In this document: in pieces, positions 10,030-20,832 of the stretch
Numbering within the stretch: the stretch's first letter is position 1
How the letters are laid out: every line of letters starts with the position of its first letter
DNA from: an uncultured bacterium
GTDB taxonomy: Bacteria > Chloroflexota > UBA5177 > JANWHV01
NCBI GenBank assembly: GCA_963729625.1
Contig: CAVSOU010000007.1
Span: forward strand, 480,001 to 544,000
Direction: 5' to 3'
DNA: 64,000 bases
Notes under the pieces: generated by a model
The model's input: the letters and a program-made list of their open reading frames with translations, nothing else
Database searches by the model: none
Told to the model about the DNA's origin: nothing
Program-made: the position numbers and the translations under genes

Positions 10030-10705
10030 ATGGCGACGCCGATACGCGCGCGAGCGCGGCCAGCGAGGCGCGACTGGTGAAGCCGCAATCGGCGACGATG
10101 CCGGCCAGTCGACGCGCACCCACGACCTGCCGCACGCGGCGCGCGAGCACGGCAGCCAGGGCGGCTTCTCGGTGCCGGCCGCGCCCGAGCACGTAGGTGA
10201 TCACCTGGCCCGTGCCGGTATCCACGGCCAGGTAGAGGCGATAGCCGCGTAGCCGCCGACTGCGTCCACCCGCCCACCCTTTGAGGAAGCGCGTCAGCTT
10301 GCCCCGGCCCCAGTACGGCAGCTGGTGGGCATCCAGGGCCACCCACACCCGCCCGGAGCGGCTCGTCAGACTGGCCTAGTAGGCGGTTTCGACCGACCGC
10401 CGCACATCGTGGGCGGAGAATGCGCGCACACTCCGCGCCAGCGTGCGCGCACAGGGCAGGCGGCGCAGACCCAGCAGCACCGGCAGTAAGGGTTCCGCCA
10501 GCAGCCGCAAATGAAACGGCCGCCCGCTGCCCCGCCAGGCCAGCACCAACCAGAGCAACGCCAGGCTCAGACTGGAGAGGCCGCGCTTCGTCCGGGCCAA
10601 AAAGCGCTCCAACCCCAGCCCTTGCGCATACACCAAGAGCGCGGGCAGCGGCACGACGTTCGTTGGTCCGCTCGCCGACATCCGGCCGCTTGGTACACTT
10701 GCCAT
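10030..10705 (-). pseudogene. Inactivated DDE transposase fragment (IS4/IS1380-like), in-frame stop and 3' truncation
   Basis: ORFs 10376-10780 and 9854-10348 share a frame and are separated by TAG at 10376-10378. Motifs VALDAHQLPYWG, GYRLYLAVD and IVADCGF resemble the first two catalytic Asp regions; no Glu region follows. Family assignment and 3' limit are approximate. Confidence 0.65.
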
Positions 10706-10879
10706 GAGGGATCGCCTTCCTGGTTCCGGCTTTGATACTACCTTCCAGGATGCGCGATCCCTCCGTATTGCGAGGCTCAACTGTCCAATCTACGCTAGCA
10801 CTTTGGCGCGGCCTATCGCATCGGACGCCAGGCGGATGGGCACCGGCGTTATGACCAGGCCTCAGGCAGTTGGTTGCAT

Positions 10880-11404
10880 TTAGGAGCCCCAGTTGGCGTT
10901 TGCATGCACCGCTTGCGCGACGACGGTCGGAACCACCACCGTGGTGATGGCCTGGCCGCTCAGGCCCGACACCGTCGACGCCTGGTACAGCACGGTTACC
11001 ATATCGGTTGACAGCACCCTCGCCGTCACAGAAACGGCCACGGCCGGGCCGCTCACGCTCGCCGTGGTCACGACGGTGTATGTTCCGGGGCTGCCGTCGG
11101 CTACATAGGTGTACGATTCGTTCGCGCCGGTAAGCAGCTCACCCGTCACGGCGCCACCCTTAGGACCGTGGATAGCGTATGTGACGCACTGCACCTGCGA
11201 GCTTGCCGCCGATATCGTGGCGACGACCTGGATCAGTGTGGTGGACGAGCCGGACGCCGTGGGCGCGGAAACGAGCAGAATCGGGTCACGCCGGCTGGCC
11301 ACGGCGGCGTGCGCGCCCTGGGTCTGCGGGAGGATCCCGCCCACGGTGCCCGCCGCTATCGCCAGACCAGCCAGGATGCGTGTGATGCCTGTCAGCTTTG
11401 TCAC
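10880..11404 (-). CDS. Secreted beta-rich protein (RRDP motif) ending in NANWGS
   Basis: GGAGG then GTG; signal peptide ending AHA-A; Thr/Val/Ser-rich mature domain; clear paralog at 20926-21444. Confidence 0.88.
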   Translation of the reverse strand: MTKLTGITRILAGLAIAAGTVGGILPQTQGAHAAVASRRDPILLVSAPTASGSSTTLIQVVATISAASSQVQCVTYAIHGPKGGAVTGELLTGANESYTYVADGSPGTYTVVTTASVSGPAVAVSVTARVLSTDMVTVLYQASTVSGLSGQAITTVVVPTVVAQAVHANANWGS

Positions 11405-12215
11405 GTATAACCTCCATTACCGCCGCGGCACGAATGCATCCGTCTTGCCTTAACAACCCAGCCCGGGAGCGGCAGGCGGGGGCTAGCTGAATCCCGTCGC
11501 ACGGTGCCGGCCCTCCACGAGAACCCCCCGCCACGCGCGGGTGCCCCGTCCAGGACTGGCGCACGCATGCCGGGCTTCTGCCTGGTCCGGCTTCCAGCCG
11601 GTGTTGCTAAGGCGAGCGGCGGCTCCCACGGCTGCGGCGAGCCCGTGGTCACCACCTCGGCGCAGCCGGCAGGCCGCCCTCCCCGCGGGAAAGGGACGGT
11701 GTCCGTCCCTCGCGCCAAGGCCCCTTCCGCAGCACGCTCCCTGACCCCAGCACCCCGGGTTCCGGTCCGATGCACGATCTCGCACCAGGAGCCGCGGACA
11801 ATACGGTCGCGCAGCGCACTGCTTCGCTAGCGTAAGCCAGTATGGGCTCGGCGCACATCCTCGTTCGAGTAAGGCCGCACCTGGCCTGTTCAGGGGGGGT
11901 AGCTGGAGGCTGCGCCACAGTACCACGCACTCTCACCAGCCGCCGAAACCTTGAGCCATGCTACAAGTGGGCGGTGCGGCGGTGGCGGGCCGGGGTGAAT
12001 GGCGTGAGTGGCACGCCATACGTGCCATTGTGAGCCGTTACTTCCCATAGTACATTGGGCCGTGACAGGCCATGTGCACAGTCATCGCGCTAGCACGGCT
12101 TGCGTGCCCCTTGCGAGGACGCGAAGCCTGGCGACGCTTGGCGTTTTTTGCATGCCGGACGGGCGTTCCAGCCATACGGGATCGGTCGTCGGCAACGAGC
12201 TGGAAGGATTGTGTC

Positions 12216-15200
12216 GTGAGCAGCCTGGCACGGTTTGTCAGTGCGTGCCATCTGAGAAGCTCTGAGTGCCGATCGTGGCGACCAAGGCCGGCCATTCCGC
12301 TGGCCGTGCTCATGGTGGTGATGCAAACGCTGGTGCCGCTCGCGGCGACAGCGCCACAAACCGCGCACGCCGACGACACGCCCTGTGTCGTGTCCAGCCC
12401 TGCCGATGACGGCAGTATCGGGACCCTGCGCACGATCGTCGGCCTGGGCGTGTGTCCCGAGATTACCTTCGACACCGCGCAGATGGGTGCCGCCACGATC
12501 ACGCTTACCTCCGGCCCGATCCAAATTGGCACGGGCGACAGCTCAAATCTGCAGACGGTGGCGATAGACGGCGGCAGCGGCGTGACCATCCAGGGAGATG
12601 ACGTAGACTCGATCTTTACCGTCACGACCGGCGGTATTCTGACACTCAATAACCTGACTATTAGTGGCTCCGGCGATAGCGCCATCTGCAACAATGGCAC
12701 GCTAAACGTCGAAGGCTCCGTCCTCTCTGGCAACAGCGGTTTGAATGGCGGCGGCGCCATCTTCAACGACGGGTCCCTCGGCGCCGTCGCCACGCTCACC
12801 GATACGGCCATCACGAGCAACGCGGCGCCCATGGGCGGCGCCATTTACAATTATGGCGACGGGGGTACGGTCACGCTGACAATTGCCAACAGCACGCTGA
12901 GCGGCAACAGCACGTTCGGCGGCTCCGGCGGCGCTATCTCCGACGTCGGCGGTCCCGGCGGCGCCATCTACAACGATGGCGGCGCAGGCGCTGTGACTGT
13001 GGCAATTGCCAACAGCACGCTGAGCGGCAACAGCGCGAACTCCGGCGGCGGCATCTACAACGACGGCGACGGAGGCACGGTGAGTGTGACGATCGCCAAC
13101 AGCACGCTGAGCGGCAACAGCGCGCTCGTGGTCAGGCGGCACAGGATTCCGATTGTCGGCGCCGGCGACGGGCTCTACAACACGGCGGATGGTGGCGACG
13201 CGTCCCTGGCCGTGCACAGCAGCATCCTCGCCGACGGCGCGACCAACGAGTGCGCGGGCGACAGCTCGATCACCGACGACGGCTACGACCTCGCGCTTGG
13301 GACGACGGACGGCAACGGCTGCGCCCTGGACTCCGGCGACGAGGACGTGTCCACGGACGACCCGAGCTTCAGCGGCGGCGAACCCACGAATGGCGAGCTG
13401 GCCGATAATGGCGGAGCGACCCAGACCATCGCACTCGGTCCTGGGAGCATCGCCATCGGCAACGGCGACTGTCAGGCGTACACGGACTCGACGAGCGAAG
13501 ATGTGTATGCGGCCGTCACCACGGATCAGCGAGGGGCCGGATACCCGCGCAAGGATCCTTGCGACATCGGCGCCTTCGAGGCCGCCGGCGATGCGGTAAC
13601 GGCAACGGACACCCCGACGGCCACGGGCACAGCCACCTTGACTGATACCTACACACCGAGTGACACGGCTACGCTCACCGAGCCACCGAGCGACACCCCG
13701 ACGGACACGGCCACGGACACGGCCACCACGATCGATACCTCTACACCGAGTGACACGGCGACGGACACAGCCACGGTCACCGAGCCAGCGAGCGACACAC
13801 CGACCGCGGCCGATACATCCACGAACACGTACACGCCGAGTGACACGCCGACGGGCACGGCCACGGCGACCGATACCTCTACACCGAGTGACACCCCGGC
13901 GGACACGGCCACGGTCACCGAGCTACCGAGCGATACCAGTACGGCTTCCAATACACCGGCTCCCACCAACACAGCAAGCGACACCCCGACTGTCATCGGC
14001 ACGGCAGGCTATACCCCAGCAGCTACGGACACGCCAAGCAACACAGCGACGGATACCTACACGGCCAGTGCCACACCGAGCAACACGCCGACCGTCACCA
14101 ATACGCAGACAGATACGCCCACCAGCACGTACTCGCCAACAGCCATGCCGACCGATACCCACCCCCCAGCGGATACCTCGACGGGCACAGATACGGCGAG
14201 CGTGACCGCGGTCGCCACAGGCACAGCCAGTAGTACGCCGGTCCCGACAGACACGGCCACCGACACGCCCGCTGACACCAGCACAGCCAGCGACACGCCA
14301 ACCCCTACGGACACGGCGAGCGGTACGCCTTCGGCGACTCACGCGCCCACGAGCACGGTCACCGGCACGCCGACGGATACGGCTACGAGCACGCCGACGG
14401 CTACGGCTACCAGCACGAGGACGGAGATGGCGGTCGATCCGCCGGTCAATCTGCCCACGAGCGCGCCGTACGTGCTGTCATCGCCAACCGCGACTGGGGC
14501 GGCCGTGACCTCGAGCACGGCTACACCAGCCGACACCGGCTCCGCCCTTCCGCAGTTCACCAGTACGGCGATGCCAACGGCCACTGGCAGCAGCGCCTCC
14601 GCGGACGCGGCCACCGCCGTGCCACCCGTCCCCACCCCGGCAGGGCACGCCTCGGCGCTGGCAACGAACGGGACCATGCCCGCAACGTTCCAGGGTGGTC
14701 CGGCGATGGCCGCGGTACTGAGCGGCTCCACGCAGATCGCCCTGCGCGTCGCCTCGGATGCCGTGGCCCGCGGACAGACCCTCACCTTGAACGCATCGCT
14801 TGAGTCGTATGGCGGCTCATTGACAGGCAGCGTGACCTTCAAGGAGGGCAAGCTGGTGCTGGGCACCGCCAGCGTGCACGACGGAGTGGCCTTCCTGACG
14901 GTGACCATGCAGGCTGTCGGCCCCCACCATATCGTGGCCGTATATGACGGCCCGCACGGCTTGGTGGTAAGCACGACACCCCTCTCCATCACGGTCGGGC
15001 GCGCACCGAGTGCGCTGAGCGTCTGGAACCAGAAGCACACGGTAGTGGGCGGGCGCAAGAACGCCTGCCAAGCGCTCATGAGTGCCGGTATCCCCTCGCA
15101 GTCGGGCTGCGAGGCCGTCTTCAGCACCTGGCTGCCCGGGGCCAGGGTCACCGATACGCTCAGCTATGCCGACGGCACGCGCCAGACCTACACCGGCACC

Positions 15201-15374
15201 GCCGATGGCACGGGGCATCTACAGCACGCATTCGTGGTGAAGTACGAGCCCTCGCTCCACGCGAGGCACGGGGAGCCCGCTACCAGGGCCTGGATCAGTG
15301 TGGTGGCTACGAGCAAGGATGGTACCGAGACCAAGTCGGCCTGCCTGCGCTTCGCCGTGCTACCCAAGTTCTGA
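12216..15374 (+). CDS. Large secreted adhesin-like protein: GGAI beta-helix repeats, choice-of-anchor Q domain, Thr/Pro/Asp stalk, Ig-like domain
   Basis: GGAAGGA before GTG 12216; AHA signal site; repeated GGAIYN and IANSTLSGNS; LADNGGATQTIALGPGS...DQRG...CDIGAFE; long TDTP/TATP tract; GSVTFKEGKLVLGTASV Ig-like fold. Confidence 0.85.
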   Translation: MSSLARFVSACHLRSSECRSWRPRPAIPLAVLMVVMQTLVPLAATAPQTAHADDTPCVVSSPADDGSIGTLRTIVGLGVCPEITFDTAQMGAATITLTSGPIQIGTGDSSNLQTVAIDGGSGVTIQGDDVDSIFTVTTGGILTLNNLTISGSGDSAICNNGTLNVEGSVLSGNSGLNGGGAIFNDGSLGAVATLTDTAITSNAAPMGGAIYNYGDGGTVTLTIANSTLSGNSTFGGSGGAISDVGGPGGAIYNDGGAGAVTVAIANSTLSGNSANSGGGIYNDGDGGTVSVTIANSTLSGNSALVVRRHRIPIVGAGDGLYNTADGGDASLAVHSSILADGATNECAGDSSITDDGYDLALGTTDGNGCALDSGDEDVSTDDPSFSGGEPTNGELADNGGATQTIALGPGSIAIGNGDCQAYTDSTSEDVYAAVTTDQRGAGYPRKDPCDIGAFEAAGDAVTATDTPTATGTATLTDTYTPSDTATLTEPPSDTPTDTATDTATTIDTSTPSDTATDTATVTEPASDTPTAADTSTNTYTPSDTPTGTATATDTSTPSDTPADTATVTELPSDTSTASNTPAPTNTASDTPTVIGTAGYTPAATDTPSNTATDTYTASATPSNTPTVTNTQTDTPTSTYSPTAMPTDTHPPADTSTGTDTASVTAVATGTASSTPVPTDTATDTPADTSTASDTPTPTDTASGTPSATHAPTSTVTGTPTDTATSTPTATATSTRTEMAVDPPVNLPTSAPYVLSSPTATGAAVTSSTATPADTGSALPQFTSTAMPTATGSSASADAATAVPPVPTPAGHASALATNGTMPATFQGGPAMAAVLSGSTQIALRVASDAVARGQTLTLNASLESYGGSLTGSVTFKEGKLVLGTASVHDGVAFLTVTMQAVGPHHIVAVYDGPHGLVVSTTPLSITVGRAPSALSVWNQKHTVVGGRKNACQALMSAGIPSQSGCEAVFSTWLPGARVTDTLSYADGTRQTYTGTADGTGHLQHAFVVKYEPSLHARHGEPATRAWISVVATSKDGTETKSACLRFAVLPKF
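12885..13121 (+). repeat. Three identical 27-bp internal repeats (ANSTLSGNS) in the adhesin
   Basis: GCCAACAGCACGCTGAGCGGCAACAGC at 12885, 13008 and 13095. Confidence 0.9.
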
Positions 15375-16099
15375 CGGCGGCGACTGCCTCCACTGTGACG
15401 TGCCGCAGCCCGACGCATGCTTCTTTGCGCGGAGAACGGTTTCACAACGGATGTCGCACTGCTTGCCGTCAAGGCGGAGGGCGTGACGGCGGCCGCACCC
15501 GAGATTCGCCCGTGCCGCATAGTTGTCTTCTGCATTGCTCATGCATCGACTTCATCTCTCTACTGCTTTGGAAGGCGCAATCTTCGTGGCTGTCGCCGGC
15601 CCGGTCAACGCACGCCTGGCAGGCTCCGTGCAAACGGCAGTCAGGCGAGCCGCTTGTAAAGCTGCTCACACGCCTCGTTGAAGCTCGTCCATACATCCAC
15701 AATGAACTGCGGTGAACCAACATCCTGGCACGAAGGCGGAGGGGTGGAGATCGCGATGCGGATGCGTAGCACGGTAATCGTCAGCCAGTAGCCCGGCTGC
15801 CTAGCCGCCAAGTACATTACCCGTACGCGGCAGCGGCCTCACCTACAGCCAGCACCGCAACACAGAGCGGGCGGCGCTCCGGCTCGGCAGTGTAGAATTG
15901 CCGCAGCGGCGGCGTTCCGGCCGGTGCCCGGCCAGAGACCGGACGCCGAAAAGAATAGCCTGGACACGTATCCTATACGATGGAGTAGTAGTTCGCGGTA
16001 GACTCGACAGTGACGGGGCTGGTAGGTGCGCCCTGGGCGGTCGGCGACGCACGTGCCGTCTGACCGTAGCAACTCTCAGTCTGCGGGAATGGTGCAAGG

Positions 16100-16483
16100 A
16101 TGTCGCGACAGATAGCAATCGCAGAAGTTGACGAGATGCTCCGCGCGCTGTTTCGCGAGTTCATCATCCTTGACGGATATGACCCACAGGTCGTGCAGCC
16201 GACCACGGATGCTGTGGCGGGGCTCGCCGCGATGGGCCCAGCCGTGCTGGTCCCGGGTGCGCGCCTGCAGGATACGGATCCCGGCTTGCGGCTGCTCCGG
16301 GCTATTTGGCGAGAGCCAGCGCTGGCTCACCTGCCGGTCATCCTGTGCACGACCGACGCGGACCGCCGACGATTGCCGCGCGAACACGGGGAGCAGCCTT
16401 GCTGCCAGCTGCTGCGCGAGCCGTTCAGTTTGGCCGAGTTCGAAACAGCATTCACGGCCGCGTTGGCTGCGGCGTCACCATAG
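16100..16483 (+). CDS. Stand-alone atypical (pseudo-)receiver domain protein
   Basis: CheY-like pattern IAIAEVD...GYD...PAVLVPG...GLRLL...LPVILCT...LREPF. The phospho-Asp and conserved Lys positions are substituted. Confidence 0.7.
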   Translation: MSRQIAIAEVDEMLRALFREFIILDGYDPQVVQPTTDAVAGLAAMGPAVLVPGARLQDTDPGLRLLRAIWREPALAHLPVILCTTDADRRRLPREHGEQPCCQLLREPFSLAEFETAFTAALAAASP

Positions 16484-16613
16484 GAGGAATCGCGCTGCCA
16501 GGTGCCGCGCCCCCGGTCGCGGCGCCTACTCCCTGCCCGCTGGAGCGTTGGCGTGAAGCGGGAGGGCGTCAGGGCACCAGACAAGATTGCCACCATGACC
16601 ATGCGAGGCAGCC

Positions 16614-19600
16614 TCAGCTACCCTCGGGCCGGAGCTCAACCGTCGGCCGGCTGAGCCACTCGACGAGCTGCTCCGCCGGTAGCGGAACAGACAGGTAGAA
16701 GCCCTGGGCGCTGTCTGCCCCCAGGCCGCAGAGCTGGGAGTAGGTGTCACCATCCTCCACCCCCTCGGTAACCACATCCATTCCCAGCGAGCGCGCCAAT
16801 CCAATGGTGGAGGCGACAATCGTCTGGTCGCCCACATGCCCTTTCATCCGCTGCACAAACGTGCGGTCGATCTTCAGCTCTGTCAGCGGCAAAACCGACA
16901 GGTAGGCCAGCGACGAGTATCCCGTGCCGAAGTCGTCGATTGCCAGCCGCACGCCCATGCCGGCGAGTCGTTCCAGGCTCGCTTTCGTGCCCTCCACGTC
17001 GGCCATCACCACGGTCTCCGTTACCTCCAGGGTCAGGCGTTGCGCCGGGACACCATGCTGTGCAAGCAGTCGCTCTACGGTCGCGCACAGGTCGGGGTCA
17101 CGCACGTCACAAATCGACAGGTTGACGGCAACTTGCAGGTGCCACCCCTTGGCCGCCCACACTGCCCACTGCCGCAGCGCCGTATCGAGCACCCACTTCG
17201 TCAATGGGATGATCACGCCCGTCTGCTCGGCCAGAGGGATGAACTCTTCAGGCAGCAGCAGGCCGAGGTGAGGGTGCTGCCAGCGCACGAGGGCTTCGAC
17301 GCCGTAGACCTGTCCGGACGCGAAGTCCGTCGTCGGCTGGTAATACAGGCGCAGCTCACCGTGCTCGACTGCGACCCGCAAGTCAGACGCCAGACCGTGA
17401 CGCCCCCGATCGTGCCCGTTGAAACTGGGGTCGTAGAGCGCATAGCCAAGCTGCCCGCGTTTGGCCGCGTACATGGCCACATCCGCACATCCGAGCAGCG
17501 TAGCGGCATCCCGGCCGTGTTCGGGATATACGGCAAGGCCCACGCTGGCGCCAATGGACAGCGGATGGCCTTCCACCACAAAGGGCGCCTGCATAGCGGC
17601 GTGGATCTGCTGGGCCACCACCTGCGCGCCCGCTCCGTCCGCCCGTGGCAGCACGATGGCGAACTCATCTCCGCCCAGCCGCGCCACAAAATCGCTCGCG
17701 CGTACGCTACCGCGCAGGCGGTCGGCAACCTGCCGCAGCAAGGCATCACCCATCTGGTGACCAAGAGTATCGTTGACCTCCTTGAAGCGGTCGAGGTCGA
17801 GACTGAGCATGCTCGCGCACCCGGCATCCTGGTCCGCGCCTACCATGGCGTGTTCCAGGCGATCGAGGAACGCGATGCGGTTCGGCAGACCGGTCAATGC
17901 ATCGTGCTGCGCCATATGGGCCAACCGCGTCTCCAGCTGCTGCTGGGCCGAAATGTCGGTCTGCGATCCCGCGATCCGCACGGGCTCTGATCCCTCGCGC
18001 ACCACGGCCCCGCGGCACAGCATCCACCGGTAGCTGCCATCGCGGTGTAGCAACCGGTACCGGTACTCGACTCGGTCGGAGCCTACCGCGATCTGCTGGG
18101 CGATGCCGCGTTCGAGCGCGCCACGGTCATCAGGATGGACCAGCTCAAACCAGCTGCCGGGTACGGCTTCGACCTCATCATCGGCAAACCCCGCCATCTC
18201 TTTCCACCGCGCCGAGTAGTAGACGCGGTTATCGCGCAAGTCCCAATCCCACAGGCCGTCGTTCGTCCCTTTTGTGGCCACCGCGTACCGCTCCTCGCTC
18301 ACACGGAACGACTGGAGCAGCTCGCGCTCCAGTGCCGCCATCAGCAGCACGGACCACTGCCAGACGGCGGCGGCGTCCGAAATCGTATGGCTCTCCACCG
18401 GGCTCAGAAGGGCCAGGGCGCCCCAGTCGCGGTCGGCCGTCTGCAGCGGCAGCACCATGGGCACATAGAGTGTGGCGTTCGGCGCGGTTCGCTCGACGAC
18501 GTCAAGCGGAGGGAACGACTCCGGGGGACAGCACGCGCCGGCCTGTACAGTCGACCCGAGGTCATGCGGGTAGACACCGGCGATGGTCAGCTCGCCCCCG
18601 GGGGTGTCGTGCTGCCAGAGCCCTAGGCATCCAGCCACGGCAGGCGTGTCGCGCAGCCACGCCAGATCACGCACGCTCGCTTTGCCCGGTTGCAGCATGG
18701 CGAGGCTGGTGTGGTAGTTCTGGTTCGAGCTGACCTGCGCGTCAACCATGCTCTCTACGAAGGGTAGGCGCGCGGCATACAGCAATTCGGTGCGCAGCTC
18801 GTACAGAACATCGTTGACGCGATCCGTCACATTGCTCGGATGGTTGCCGGCGCCCAGCACGGCCAGTACCGCCCGTTCGAGCAGAAAAATGGCACGATTC
18901 GCCGCCTCGACGCCGTGCGCGCAGGCGCACAGGTGCCGGCACGCCCCATTGAGTTCCCCTGGTAACGGCAGCGGCCCGCCATGCAGGGCAACCTCCAGGG
19001 CGGCAATGCAGCGGTCGATAGCCGCGGATGCCGCGCGAACACCCTTGGCGAACGCCTCGGGCGCGTCGCCGCACACTTCTCGTGCCAGGGCCTGCCGAAG
19101 CACCGTTGCCCAAGCCCCCTCTGTAGCGCTATCCGGCTGCCACGTTCGCTGCCTGACGCCGAACGAGGAGCACCCGCACGATTGCCGATAGACCGGCTCC
19201 GACGGCACAAACACACGCTCCGACGGTACGTGCTGGCCCGCCAGCATGGTCAATACCAACCTGGCGGCCTCCGCGCCGAGTGCCTCGTTGTCCTGGTGGA
19301 CGGTGGTCAAGGCCGGTGCTGCCATGGCGTTGAGCGCCAGGTCGTCGAAGCCGGTTATCGCGAGGTCGCCGGGTATCCGGTACCCCGCGTCCTGCATGCG
19401 CGCCATCAGGCCCAGCGCGTTCTGATCTGTGGCCGCGCAGACGGCTGTGCAGGTCATGCCGGTAGCGAGGAGTGCCTCCGCGGCAGCAAGACCGCCGGGC
19501 TCGTTCATGTCCGGTGCGTCGAAGCATAGCCCTGGATCGGGCTCGATGCCCACTTCCCGCAGCGCGCCCACGTACGCCGCAAAGCGGTCGCGGGTATCCT

Positions 19601-20180
19601 CAAACGCGAGGCACCCCACGAAACCGATACGCCGGTGCCCATGGTCCACCAGGTGCCGCACTATTGCCGCCATTCCCGTCCGGTTGTCAGGGAACACGGC
19701 AGGTATACCGAGGTCCTCGTAGCCGGCGCAAACGCTGACCAGCGGCTTGCCGGACTGTTTGAGACGCTGCAGCGTGCCGCGACCCACGGCGTCGAGCACC
19801 ACGACATACCCGTCCACGAGGTCGCGCGCGTAGGGCACGTACGCTCTCGCGTCGCCCGCCACGGGGACCTCGCGCCACTGAGGGAGCGCCTGGATGCCGA
19901 TGACGCGTCCCCCTGCGTGTTTCGCGGCCCGATGCAGGCCGGCAATAACGTTGCCGAAGAACTCATCGCCGAGGGCAGTGGCGATGATCCCGATGGTCGG
20001 TTGCCGGCGATCAGCGCGACCGCGCGTCACACGCGTGGTCGACGGTCGCACGGCTTCTGCCGATGCGGCCGCGGGTTCCGGGCTGTCGCGCCGGCTTCGT
20101 AGCGTCCCGCGAACCGGACGCGTGCTCACCGGCGACTCTCGCCGCGTAGTCCCAGCCCTACGATGGCGGTGTCTTGCCAC
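16614..20180 (-). CDS. LacI-type ligand-binding domain (no HTH)-linker-PAS-GGDEF-EAL protein
   Basis: HLVDHGHRRIGFV, PGDLAITGFDD, PALTTV, RQSCGC; DGLWDWD...HPDD PAS/PAC; HDALTGLPNR, RASD I-site, RLGGDEF; VEALVRW, DDFGTGYSSL. The start may be downstream (GTG 20129). Confidence 0.92.
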   Translation of the reverse strand: MARHRHRRAGTTRRESPVSTRPVRGTLRSRRDSPEPAAASAEAVRPSTTRVTRGRADRRQPTIGIIATALGDEFFGNVIAGLHRAAKHAGGRVIGIQALPQWREVPVAGDARAYVPYARDLVDGYVVVLDAVGRGTLQRLKQSGKPLVSVCAGYEDLGIPAVFPDNRTGMAAIVRHLVDHGHRRIGFVGCLAFEDTRDRFAAYVGALREVGIEPDPGLCFDAPDMNEPGGLAAAEALLATGMTCTAVCAATDQNALGLMARMQDAGYRIPGDLAITGFDDLALNAMAAPALTTVHQDNEALGAEAARLVLTMLAGQHVPSERVFVPSEPVYRQSCGCSSFGVRQRTWQPDSATEGAWATVLRQALAREVCGDAPEAFAKGVRAASAAIDRCIAALEVALHGGPLPLPGELNGACRHLCACAHGVEAANRAIFLLERAVLAVLGAGNHPSNVTDRVNDVLYELRTELLYAARLPFVESMVDAQVSSNQNYHTSLAMLQPGKASVRDLAWLRDTPAVAGCLGLWQHDTPGGELTIAGVYPHDLGSTVQAGACCPPESFPPLDVVERTAPNATLYVPMVLPLQTADRDWGALALLSPVESHTISDAAAVWQWSVLLMAALERELLQSFRVSEERYAVATKGTNDGLWDWDLRDNRVYYSARWKEMAGFADDEVEAVPGSWFELVHPDDRGALERGIAQQIAVGSDRVEYRYRLLHRDGSYRWMLCRGAVVREGSEPVRIAGSQTDISAQQQLETRLAHMAQHDALTGLPNRIAFLDRLEHAMVGADQDAGCASMLSLDLDRFKEVNDTLGHQMGDALLRQVADRLRGSVRASDFVARLGGDEFAIVLPRADGAGAQVVAQQIHAAMQAPFVVEGHPLSIGASVGLAVYPEHGRDAATLLGCADVAMYAAKRGQLGYALYDPSFNGHDRGRHGLASDLRVAVEHGELRLYYQPTTDFASGQVYGVEALVRWQHPHLGLLLPEEFIPLAEQTGVIIPLTKWVLDTALRQWAVWAAKGWHLQVAVNLSICDVRDPDLCATVERLLAQHGVPAQRLTLEVTETVVMADVEGTKASLERLAGMGVRLAIDDFGTGYSSLAYLSVLPLTELKIDRTFVQRMKGHVGDQTIVASTIGLARSLGMDVVTEGVEDGDTYSQLCGLGADSAQGFYLSVPLPAEQLVEWLSRPTVELRPEGS

Positions 20181-20832
20181 TCGGCGCCGCCGACCCGCAG
20201 AGCTCGCGCAGGTCCATAGCGGCTTCCGGCAGGAGGCCGTAACATGCCTCTCATCCCCTTAATTCGCGAAGACTCCTGATCGCGTCTACTTCTTGCAGCC
20301 TACACCAACAGGGTAGCCATGATCACTCCCCCAACAGGGTTGGCAGGTGGAGCGGCGTTATTGCGGACGCGATTGGTCGCCGCTGTGCCACGCGGGAGTT
20401 GAACCAACCACTCGCCGCGCTCTGGCCGATGTCCGGATCGCCTGCGTCTGACGGAGCCACAAGGTTGTGGAGGCATGCGCTGACGGTGGACCGTGCTGTG
20501 CGCCTTCACGCCACGTGGACGTCTGATCGGCCATTGGCCAAGAGGCCCTACGCCGGCAGCGAGGCTGCGGCTCCATGTCGCACGTTTGCAGACCCGCGAG
20601 GCGTCGCCAGACTGGCTAGCAAGAGCGGGCCACCTCGTTCGGGTGATGTGTCGGTCAGGCGTCACGCCTACTATTGGGTTGGAGCGCGGACGTATCGCTA
20701 AGGAAGTGCTCACAACGCCGGCGTGATGGCCATGCAGACGGTGGCTGCGTTCGCCGCGCTCGTCCGAGGAGGGATACAGGTAGAAAGCCAGAGAGGGAAC
20801 ACTGTCCCGGTCGCGATTTGTGTCAAGAGCAG

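Noticed and set aside
11405-12215. c-di-AMP (ydaO) or c-di-GMP riboswitch in the divergent intergenic region (GCTGAATCC near 11486, GGGGTGAAT near 11992)
   Set aside because: The motif pieces are about 500 bp apart and the other conserved elements are missing. An Rfam scan would settle it.
15700-15805. c-di-GMP-I riboswitch-like 3' end (GTCAGCCAGTAGCC)
   Set aside because: No upstream GGCAAA/GAAA/GCAAA elements in the expected arrangement.
20674-20832. 70-aa ORF 20674-20886 as an intact peptide gene
   Set aside because: TTG start without a clear RBS, no signal peptide and random-looking sequence; only the WGS tail is supported.
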